Source: Octopus vulgaris
Taxonomy: Eukaryota
NCBI GenBank assembly: GCA_951406725.2
Contig: OX597816.1
Location: forward strand, 127,100,001 to 127,164,000
Length of the DNA stretch: 64,000 bases
Direction of reading: 5' to 3'
Below the pieces are notes generated by a model. It worked only from the letters and a program-made list of their open reading frames with translations, did not search any database and was not told the DNA's origin. The translations under genes were made by a program, and so were the position numbers. Positions 53,463-64,000 of the stretch are shown in pieces. The number at the start of each line of letters is the position of its first letter. The stretch's first letter is position 1.

Positions 53463-54974
53463 CCATTTTAAAAATTATACTAAGGAGCCAGTTGTCCCCC
53501 TTGAAAAGCTAATTTAAATAGCAAAGACCAGTTGGATTTCATGACATCCATATAATATGTATATATTTATAAAAGGATATTAAACTATATGAAATGAAGG
53601 CATTTCTCTGCCACTTTTTATATTTTTTTCCACATATTTTCAGCTCATAATTTTGACCCCTGGTGTATACTGAATTTTCAGTATCTTTGCACTTTGTATA
53701 TTTTTATATTTCACATATGTTTGTATATATGTATGTATATCAGATGAGTGAAGAATATGATGATTAACATTAGTTATGAATGTTTTATGATTTTTCATAA
53801 AATATTTGACTTCTTGAAATACCTATCAAACTTAAATGTCTCAACTAATGACTACATGCTGACTAATTTCTAATATCCTTGTGTTTACGAACCATTGTAT
53901 ACATAAATATTCAACAGATGTAACATAAATTGCTGTAAAATATTCAGCTTGTCAGAAGATGTATCAAAGGGAAATGGTTCAGACAACCATTACATTCTGA
54001 GTAGTTTTGAACAGCTTTGGATGTATAAATATTCAATAAGTTTGTCAGGAAAATACATATTCAACTAATAAATAAAATACAGAATAACAGAAAAGATCAT
54101 TCTATTGTATTATAATTACAGAATATTAAAATATACTTTCTTCTTGTTGATAAATCAATTTGGCACTGACAAATCTGAAAGACAAAAATGAAATTGTTAT
54201 ATATATTATGAACCTCCTTTCGATATTCAGTGTATTATATAAACAAAATAACTCCTTTTCTTTTGTCATCACTTCATTAATTAATATTGTAAGAGTGTGA
54301 GAATTGAGTGGCAGATAGATAGAGAAGAGAAGAGATGGAACAGCAGTGAGTGGCAAGCACAGGTGAAAGCATAGTCATTCATGAATATAAGTTGGAGTGG
54401 AAGGTGTAGGAGGTAGTCAGAGAGGTGATAAGTGGCAGCAAAGATGATGTGAAATGTGTGCAGGTGGTGTGGATGAGGGAGATGCACAATGCTAGAGAGG
54501 CAGTCAAATGTACATGAGGATGGAATTGGTGGGATATGCACAGAGGTAATACAGGAAGGGATGCTGTCAGTAAAATGAGGTGTACAGTGAAAAGGGAGAT
54601 GAAAGGAGCATTCAGTGAAAGATGAGGTGGTAAGAGATGAGACTGAGAATGCATGGGAAAAAGAAAGGGGTTTCAGGAAGGTAGTGGTAGGGGACGAAAT
54701 ATATGCAATTCTATTCTCAAATAATTACAAAAGTTGAGTGAATGGCACCATAGTCAGAGAAGTGATGGAGGGGTGGATGTTAGAAAGATGAGTTGTGGGA
54801 GGGGGAGTGTTAAGGAGATGGGTTGTTGGGAAGGGGAAGGTTCATCAGGGACATATTGGATGCAGGGGTATAGACATAAGTGACATGCTTTTAGGGCCTC
54901 ATATTAGCTTAGATGAATGTTTCTTAAGCAGAACAAATTATTAATATTTTGTTATCTCTATGAGATGTAACGTT

Positions 54975-55625
54975 TGGAGGTCACACTTCAGTACTACATC
55001 CTATGCTTTTCTGGGTCTCCATCTTCCACAAGCTCCATCTACATTTAACAATTTGTGTTTCTTTATGTAGCTGTTCCATACAAATCACATGACCATACCA
55101 GCACAGTATTCTCTCTTGCACAGATCTGATGCTTCTTACACCTGATTTTCTCTCAGCATACTTTTACTTTGCCATATATGCATACATCCAACAGAAAATA
55201 CTTAGCTTCATTTCTTTCAAGCCTTCACATGCTCTCTACATTCACTGCCTACATTTCACTACCATGTAGCATTGCTGTTTGTTCACAAACATCATAAAAC
55301 CTACCTATCACTCGCAGAAAGAATCCTTTTGTTACCAACAAAAGTAATGGCTTTCTGAACTTTCTCCAGCTAATTATTATTGTAGCAACTATTCTTTCAG
55401 ATCATCCTCCTCCAATGCTAATTAGGTCACCTGGGTAACAGGAATTATTTACCACCTCTAACGATACTTCTAAGCATTTTCAGAAGGTTCTTCGTGTTTA
55501 TTCTTTATGCACATCTACCCCCACCACACATATACACAAATTTCTTTCTCAGTTAACCTTCCTGTGATTCTACTGTCCATATTTTTCACCTGGTGTACCA
55601 TATGGAATTTTTACCGACACTTTTC
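54975..55625 (-). mobile_element. RTE-clade LINE fragment (post-RT region)
   Basis: LEVVNNSCYPGDLISIGGG..SWRKFRK.LLLLVTKG..GRFYDVC..TAMLHGSE..RLERNEA. Confidence 0.75.
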
Positions 55626-55879
55626 TATGTACTGACAAAGATAATTTAATACTAGTTCATTTATCCATTGATCATTTCAAGGAAACACTTCTCTCATCAC
55701 TTCCCAATGTTGCAGTAAGACTACAAGAAACTAATAATTTGAAACACTGTAGTGCCAAAAATCGCTGTCACTTGCCACTGTATTTTATGTCCAATGGATT
55801 TTAATTCATTTAAATTCCATTGTATTTCGTTTTTAGATTTGGTTTGCAAGATTCTTTATATGAGTTCATGTGTTGAAAG

Positions 55880-56623
55880 ATATTCTGTTGTGTATGGGGA
55901 GAGTCATTTCCCTTTTGTGCCTTAAAATGTAGCACACACACCGGTAAAATTTCCACTTATTTCTTATTTTTATTTTCCTAAAATTTTCGTTGTGTCTTGC
56001 AACCTTTTCAATAGTCTTGACTCTGTCCATTATTTACACTGCGTTCCTTTTTGTTTGTTTGTGTGCATGTGTGTGGGTCAGTGTGTGTGTACCTATGCAT
56101 GCATGTACATATGTAAGTGTGTATGTATGTATACATGTGTATGTATGTATATATGTGTATGCATGTGTATATATGTATGTATGTTTGTGCATCTGTATGT
56201 ATCCTACACACACACAAACATGCACACACAAGGAGACACGTGCATACATATACAAACACACACTCACACACACACACATACATAGAAAGTACACAAACAC
56301 GGATATTCAAGTACATGAATATGCAGGATACATACAGATTCACACACATACATACATACATATGCATACACACACATATATACATACATACACACATACG
56401 TACATGCATGCATAGGTATACACACACACACACACATGTACACAAACAAACAAAATGGAATGCAGTGTAAATAACAGACAGAGTCAAGACTATTGAAAAG
56501 GTTGCAAGATGCAATGAAAATTTTAGGAAAATAAAAATGAGAAATAAGTGGAAATTTTATTGGTAAGTGTGTACATTATAAGGCACAAAAAGAAAATGAC
56601 TCTCCCAAGACACAACAGAATAT
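55880..56623. repeat. Long inverted duplication (arms 55880-56205 and 56325-56623)
   Basis: TCTTGCAACCTTTTCAATAGTCTTGACTCTGTC / GACAGAGTCAAGACTATTGAAAAGGTTGCAAGA; the arms include the (TG/TA)-rich tract. Confidence 0.9.
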
Positions 56624-57642
56624 ATTCCATTGGTTGTCCCTCTGCTTTTCTGAATCAAAATTAATAATTTAAATAATTAATTTTTCTAATCACTTAAGGG
56701 TGTAATTTCTAGTTAATTAAAACCCATTGGTGCAATGTATGAGTCTGTTAACTCCCAGTATTAATTGTTCATATAACAACCACCCCTGTATATTTTTCCT
56801 AGTCATTCTTTAAAACTCATACAAGATCAGTGCAGCTAATGCAAAATAACTCATTTTGGAGGTATGTTCTATATGGATGATGGTAATGATGTTAAACTAA
56901 TGCCAACATTCTTTGCCTTCTAATGAGGAAGACAATGATGCAAAGACATTTCTTTTTAAATCAAAGCTATTGGGTATGTATTGGTAGTTTCAAATATTTT
57001 CTGTTAATAAGGAACTTCAATTCTCATCAAACAATTCTAGTCCATGCATGCTAAGAGTACCTAACTACTAATAGGATTTTTTGTTATTATTTACAGTCAT
57101 AACAATAAATGGTGCTGCTAGATTTGAACAAAGTCATTTTCAGGGTTGGCAAACTTATAGTTCTTATTTTGTTTGTTACATTTTTTAGCAAAATGTTCCT
57201 TTTTCTTTGGAGAAGTATTACATATTCTTCTTCATTCCATCTTCAAAGCCAGCCTATATCCTTAATTTTCACTACATGTGTATAATAGTGTCTTACATGC
57301 TATTCTCAAGTAAGAAAAAAAGTTGAAAGACTCTTTTGTTTATCCTGATGCTATATTTTTATAAGTTATGCATTCAAGAGAAGCATTATTCAAAGTTGAT
57401 GCTGATTTTGAAGCAGACTTTCATACTTGTACAAGTACTATTTATGCACTAATTCTCTAGTGTACTAAATTTCAATATGAGAGAGACAATGTTTAGAATT
57501 TAAATTTTACCTGGCTGCCATCAGTTCTGAAATATATATGTGTTGGTGAGATGATATTAGGAAAACAAATCTCAAACACCAGTAAAGCTTTCTCATTATA
57601 GATTGTTGATGTAGCAGTTATTATTTCTCATTTGTATAACAA

Positions 57643-57830
57643 AGGTGGTGAGCTGGCAGAATCGTTAGCACACCAGACAAAATACTCAGCAGCCTTTTAT
57701 CCTGCTTATCATTCTGAGTTCAAATTCTGTTGAGGTCGATTTTGCTTTTCCTCTTTTCAGGGTCAATGAAATGAGTACCAGTTGAGCACTGGGGTTGATG
57801 TAATCAACTTCTCTCCTGCTCCTTGTGCCT
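57643..57830 (+). mobile_element. SINE family B
   Basis: GGTGGTGAGCTGGCAGAATCGTTAGCA...CTGAGTTCAAATTC. Confidence 0.82.
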
Positions 57831-58076
57831 GAAGAAGAGATTGTTATTCATTTCTATAACTGGTTATCACACTAAAACTTCATGCTGAAGTCCCATTAGG
57901 AAAGGGAAAACTAATCATCTGTAAATAAATTAATGATTTTAAAATTAATATGACAATATGATTTGTTTTCCAAATATCATCTCACCTACACATATATTTC
58001 AGAACTGAAGTCAACCTGGTAAAATTTAAATTCTAAACATTGTCTCTCATATTGTATTTTAGTACACTAGCGAATA

Positions 58077-58233
58077 GGTGCAGGTGTGGCAGTGTGGTAA
58101 GAAGCTTTCTTCCCAACCACATGGCTCCAGTTTCAATCCCACTGCATGGCACCTTGGGCAAGTGTCTTCTACTATATCCTCGAACCTTGTGAGTGGATTT
58201 GGTAAATGGAAACTGAAAGAAGCCCATTGTATG

Positions 58234-58271
<38 letters not shown>

Positions 58272-58490
58272 TATATATGTATGTATGTGTCTGTGTATGT
58301 TACCCCACTGTCACTTGATAACCAATGTTGGTGTATTTACAACCCTCATAACTTAGTGGTTTGGCAAAAGAGACTGATAGAATAAGTACTAGGCTTACAG
58401 AAAATATGTCCTGGGGTCAATTTGTTCAACTAAAAGTGGTACTCCAGCATGGCTGCAGTCAAATGACTGAAACAAGTAAAACAATGAAAG
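58077..58490 (+). mobile_element. SINE family A
   Basis: Family A head, core and tail. Confidence 0.87.
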
Positions 58491-59193
58491 AAAAAAAATA
58501 AACATTTTAATACCAAAAAATCTTACCGTTTAGAACTTTCAAATCTAAAAAATGGTAGAACTATCTAAAACACAGCTACACTTATGTGCTGTCTTAATTC
58601 TAATATGTTAATTATTTTAATTCCTATGTAAATTATAATGATTTCCTCCTTTAAGTCAAAATATAAAATGGGAACTTTCTAAATAGTTACTTATGTTTTT
58701 GTCTAAAAGTACCTGCATTTGATGAAAGTTTCTGAATTATAGGATTAATGTCTTCTAAATTGAATTTTAAAAAGAATTTCAAAGAAACACAGGTCTATGT
58801 AGGAAATGAAAAGGCAACTTCAACTTCATAACTTTAAAAGTGAAGCTGCTGATTTTTTTATGTGACTGTTATTGTATCTTTTTGATAATAACAGCAAATT
58901 TCATTTTATGATTTATGCATAATCAATTTATTTTATGTAAAAAGAAATCATGGTGTGATTTTTGACCCTTCAAAAACACTTGACTGAACAATTTCCTATG
59001 AATTATTACACTCTTTTCATGAAAAAATGTTCATTTTGTAAATTTCTATTTATAGGAAATAATTAAAAGTCTTGAAAATAACAATTTCTTTAGTAAAATT
59101 TAAAATGCAATCATAAATATTTGAGAATATTGAGAACAGATTTGTGTTTTCTTCCTGGGTGTTTGCATAGAAAATCTATAAAAATATTTCAAA

Positions 59194-59223
59194 ATGACGG
59201 CTATTATGAAAATATTAGATAAA
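59194..59223 (+). CDS. Candidate first coding exon (MTAIMKILDK) of an unknown gene
   Basis: Acceptor TTTGCATAG at 59170, CAAAATG start context, donor AAA|GTAAGG, phase 0. Confidence 0.3.
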
Positions 59224-60403
59224 GTAAGGAAATTGAATGAGAAACTAATTATGTAACCAGATTCTAACTCTGTCGAAACTCCACACAATATTTAAAATTT
59301 AAAAGAAAGCATTATGAGAGAACATCATTTTAGAGTCAAAGCAAGCAATCAGAAGTTTAGATTTGGTCTGCAGCAATCTATCAAAAGACCTTTAATACAC
59401 ACATTTATTGTTAAAATACTAACTATAGGATCCATACTTGAAATAGAGTAGAAGATATCTAAAAGAATAAAGGGGCACATTTCAAACTTAAGCAGTTAGA
59501 AAATGATGAAAGAGAAGATGAGTAAATAAATAATCAATGTAGAAACGTTCATGCTGAAATGCTGTTATCTGTTGGTAAATTATATTTTTTAACCTGTAAA
59601 TTTTGAGATATTGTGGGACACTGGACCACTGACAAGGGGTATTTTGACTATGTTAGCATCTTGCCTCACTGATGTATCAGATGATGCTCAGGAGGATACC
59701 AGACTGTTCCAGCATCTCAACCTCACAACCAGCCATGGTAAGGCTGTGCTTCTGGGTATCTCAAAAAATTTTAACAGATAACATCAGTTTCCCCTGACAT
59801 AATGTCTAATTGAAGGCGTGTGTATGCTTCTATTTTAGTCATTTATATACTGATTTCTGCATATCTTTTCTTTTTCTTCATTTTCTTACTTTGTAAATAG
59901 GTTCTTTCTTACAGCTTAATAAATCATACTTCTAGCAGAATGGAATAGAAAAAATAATGGAGAAAATTAGATAGAATAATGGCACCAAAAGTATAAATTA
60001 ATTCTAAAGTGTTATAATCTAATATAAATAAAGTTAAGTATAAGCATGAATAGCCATTAACTGCTATGCTTTTTAATATGAAAGATTTAACATTGAAGAT
60101 ATACATATATTGCTTGGAAAAACACTGATTTTTACGAGAAGTTCTGTCACTGGTCATATTGCTGATTCATAACTCTATCAACAAATCATCTACTAGCTCA
60201 GCAATTTTGAAAAATAGATGAGGATAGTGACAAGAAGGGTATCTGATTGTAAAACAGCTCTCCAATAATATGTACAAATATAACTAAAACATAGTTTTTG
60301 TTGTTGTTGATTATGTAACACTATGAGTGTGTAATGTGTATATGAGTGTTTTTATACAAGTGATGTGTCAAGTTACATCCTTCTATATCAAAAGATAATT
60401 TAG

Positions 60404-60526
60404 CCTTTTAATAATGGAGATCAATTAAAAAAGTTTCGGCTAGAAATAAATGTAAAGACTGATATCAAACCGAAAGCTTTCGAGAATCATGCTACAACCT
60501 GGCCTGAGTCCAATAACAGAGATTAT
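60404..60526 (+). CDS. Candidate coding exon (41 aa)
   Basis: TTTAG|...|GTACGG, phase 0-0, open frame PFNNGDQLKKFRLEINVKTDIKPKAFENHATTWPESNNRDY, CpGs retained. Confidence 0.4.
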
Positions 60527-61309
60527 GTACGGAAATGGAATGTCTTGCATGCTTATTATTTTAAACTAATTAACTTAAAATATATTAGTGTTATGAAATT
60601 TTCTAATACCTCAGGCAATATTTTCCAACAGGAGTATGAATACAAGCAACATTTGAAAGCAATTTAACATTTTAATTATTGCATTTATACATGCTTAAGA
60701 GTAATATATTGCAAATATTGGGATAATGGGGAAACAGTTTTTAAACAGTGAAAATACACTTCAGAGTTGTAAAAATTTAAAATCAGATGATGGTGAGTAG
60801 GCATAATTTATTAGTATATCTTTTAACTGAATTTATTTTCCTATGATCAATTAAAAATTAATTTTTAAAAACAAAGTATTATTAGACTTTGAAATTCTCT
60901 TCTATGATTGTTTTTTTTTATTATTATTTTTATAATAGATACTACCAAGGGAAATTAAACTATCAACACTTTAGTTTTTTTTTTTTTTTCAATCACATTT
61001 CATAAACACTTCTGTTTGCTAGCTTAATGCAATTATATCACCAAGCTATTTTAATTAATGGTTACTTCAGTCAAATATTTTATTAAATCAAGAATGGAAA
61101 TTAGAAAGTATTTTTTGTTTTTGCCTAAAAGGAAGCTAATTTTATAAATATTAACCACAGTTTCTTACAAGATAATAAACAACTATTATATGAATTAAAA
61201 AAAAAAACAGCTCACATCTGAAAAAATGTGTAAATATAAATATCATTTCATAATCAAAGCTTAGAAAAAATGGTAGATGACTAATATTTTTTATAAATTT
61301 ACTCTAAGA

Positions 61310-61745
61310 GGAGTGGGGTCAGTGTGGCTGTTTGTCCTGAGTCTGACATCTCGAGAATGATGACTGGAGGAAATTTGCAGGCAGGATATGAAAGGATATG
61401 TGTAGTGTTAAAAAATGTATAGTTTGTCATGCTTCCAGTGAATACGAGTCTCTGTTTATGGATGCAGTGGAGACATTGGTATCAGGTATCTGATTGTGTG
61501 GATGATACTTGTGTGCCAATGTTTAAACAGGAACATAGAACTATATCAGATATACAGGAGTGTGTGCTCATAGAAGTGATGGCATCTTGCATGTCATTGT
61601 ACAACAGGTGAATAGAGGAGAGAAAGTATAAGAGACTTAAATCTATCTAGGGATACATCAGACTTTATAGAGTTGGGTTTCTGGAAATCCACGTCAGCAT
61701 ATGCTTCAATTATGTCATCTTCCAACAGACAAGAGGATTGGGTAG
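61310..61745 (-). mobile_element. Highly decayed retroelement fragment, possibly Penelope RT C-terminus
   Basis: Loose YK.D...SYT.S.. motif; composition differs from the flanks. Confidence 0.3.
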
Positions 61746-62183
61746 GTAGAGCTCAAACAAGTTTAATATTTCAAATTATTTATTATATTTGCAGGAAATA
61801 TAAATATTTCTATACTCGAATTTTAACTTTTTTTATTATTTTGTAAGATAATAACAATACAAGAACCTTTTGTTCTGCATAATTTACTTTTTGTAAATGA
61901 AATATTTACTGACTATATTTGAAATTATGATAAAATAATTTCTGTAGATTTGATTGAATTCACTTCAAATCTTGTTTTACAAACAATTATATGATGTTAA
62001 ACGATATAAATTAAACAAATCATTTTGTCAGAAGATTGTTCTGGTATGCTATTTCAGTATAACTTTCTTAACATGGCTATCAACAAATGCTTATCTAAGT
62101 TAATGGATTTTGAAGAAAAGGTTTATAGATTAAATATGTGTGGCAATAGTTTATAGTTTTTAATGCCCCCCCCTCCTATTAAG

Positions 62184-62275
62184 TATTCTCGGGTAATCTC
62201 CTTCTTTATTACATATAACAACGTAGAGAAAATGCTGGAATTTCTTAATTACTGTCAAACTAGTGATTTTCGTCT
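62184..62275 (+). CDS. Candidate coding exon (92 nt)
   Basis: Pyrimidine tract CCCCCCCTCCTATTAAG| and donor |GTGAGT; only frame 0 is open: YSRVISFFITYNNVEKMLEFLNYCQTSDFR. Confidence 0.45.
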
Positions 62276-62693
62276 GTGAGTTAATTAATCTTTGGTATTT
62301 TTTAAATATATTTTTAATGTTCATAAAATAATTTTCATTTTCAGTCCAAGTTACCATTCAGTAAACATAGTTTACATTTATCCATTTGATTTACAATATA
62401 GTTTTACAGTGTACGCTTCTTAATATTTGTCACTAAACAAAATAAAAGGGTAATTTCTGTTATAAGGGGAATAGAGAACAAATTCAGTTCCATTTTAAGT
62501 TTATAGGGGATAAACATTATGATATAATGTTTATTTCAAAGACATTAAATTTCTTGTAACATTTTAGCATTAGCATGAGTAAGATATCAGCATAACAGCT
62601 CTGGTAATACTAGGCACAAAAATATTTTTCCAAATTTTATATGCTACACACAATGCCGCATTTGGAGAATTGCTGAATTTCTGAAACCTCTTA

Positions 62694-63095
62694 GGTGATG
62701 GCACATTCTGAAAACCATAATGAGTAACAGTTTGAGTTTTTCTAAATACAACTATCTAACCTGATAGTTTTCATTCATCATTTATTAGGAACTCCTAATT
62801 ATTTTAATAAGCTCAGTTTTCTTAGCATACTTTTCCTACTGCCAAACACAGGACATTCTCTAAAACTTAAGCAGGGGCTGACCTAAGGCAGGGGTGATGG
62901 CACATTCTGAAAACCATAATGAGTAACAGTTTGAGTTTTTCTAAATACAACTATCTAACCTGATAGTTTTCATTCATCATTTATTAGGAACTCCTAATTA
63001 TTTTAATAAGCTCAGTTTTCTTAGCATACTTTTCCTACTGCCAAACACAGGACATTCTCTAAAACTTAAGCAGGGGCTGACCTAAGGCAGGGGTG
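62694..63095 (+). repeat. Identical 199-bp tandem duplication
   Basis: 62694-62892 = 62893-63091, with GGTG microhomology at the junctions. Confidence 0.95.
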
Positions 63096-64000
63096 TGTGT
63101 CACGTGCACCCCTCTAAATAATGTTATTACACCCTTTTCTCCTGGAATTGTATTCCATTCTGACCTTGTGCCCTCCCTTCAAAAATATTTCTGAGACCGT
63201 GCCTGTTAAGAACAGGTGTCTTTGGCAAAAGGAAGATTGTTCTAAAAAAATTTAACCTTACATAACAGCAAATAAGAGTTTCTAAAAAGTTATCTACAAA
63301 ATAACCATCAGGTACAACAATTATATCTGCAAAAGTTTGTATAGTGATAATAAACATGTATAAAAATTTTCAAGGTTAAGAAAGATTTTCAAGGTTAAAT
63401 TCTATATAAGAATAACCCCAAAATATTTACCAATCCTAATATTGCTATGTTTGGAATTGAGTATATTTATATCCTTATAGGTAATATATCAATGTCCTTA
63501 CAAAATGGTCATGAAACACACCATGTGTTCTTCCAGTTATGCTTGTTTCAATTAAAATAATGAACACATTCCTTAATTACCATTATGTTTTTAAGTTATT
63601 AACTTTTCAGCTAATTCCCACACATTGCAATTATCTGGTATCACTACTTAGCATGCTATCATAATTTTTATTATGGGAAAAAACACTAAGCTTATATATC
63701 TGTTGGCTTGTCAGTGTTCTGCAGTATTTCCCATTGCCATTTTCAAGGATAGGTAGTGGCTTGAGTGAATACAGCAGAACTTAAGTCTTGAAACAGTTGA
63801 AATTGTGTGGCTAAGAATATATGCATAGATTATTGTTTCTGTAATTATATTTTGTTAAAGTTAGATTTGGTTTTCCTGATGAAATGTTTTGCTTCAGTAA
63901 ATACATCATACAGGCAACACATTTTCTAGAGGATGTGTGAATATTGTTGTTAACAGCGATTTGCATTGGACAATCTACTTGTCTAAGATTGTCATGGCTG

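Noticed and set aside
55990-56514. Overlapping 61-168 aa ORFs on both strands
   Set aside because: Translations of TG/CA/TA microsatellite inside an inverted repeat; not protein-like.

Overview
AT-rich, repeat-dense animal genomic DNA. The tRNA-derived SINE families, (TA)n/(AAT)n microsatellites and RTE/Penelope content point to an octopus genome (inference). There is no intact long gene. The window holds decayed transposons: a full-length DD37D/maT Tc1-mariner, a Tigger/pogo deletion derivative, a hAT-like remnant, MITEs, a Helentron-type element, RTE and R4/Dong-like LINE fragments, and about 15 SINEs. It also has several Penelope-like element (PLE) pieces and a few candidate host exons, including a phase-compatible 3-exon start of an unknown protein at 59.2-62.3 kb. 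The most notable signal is a set of minimal hammerhead ribozymes at PLE 3' ends/pLTRs. Their normally invariant C3-G8 core pair appears as C3-G8, U3-A8 and A3-U8, each with a self-complementary stem III that suggests dimeric cleavage. One is duplicated head-to-head in a 263-bp palindrome. The window is also rich in long fold-back inverted repeats that could form dsRNA. All calls were made by eye; the boundaries of decayed elements are approximate.
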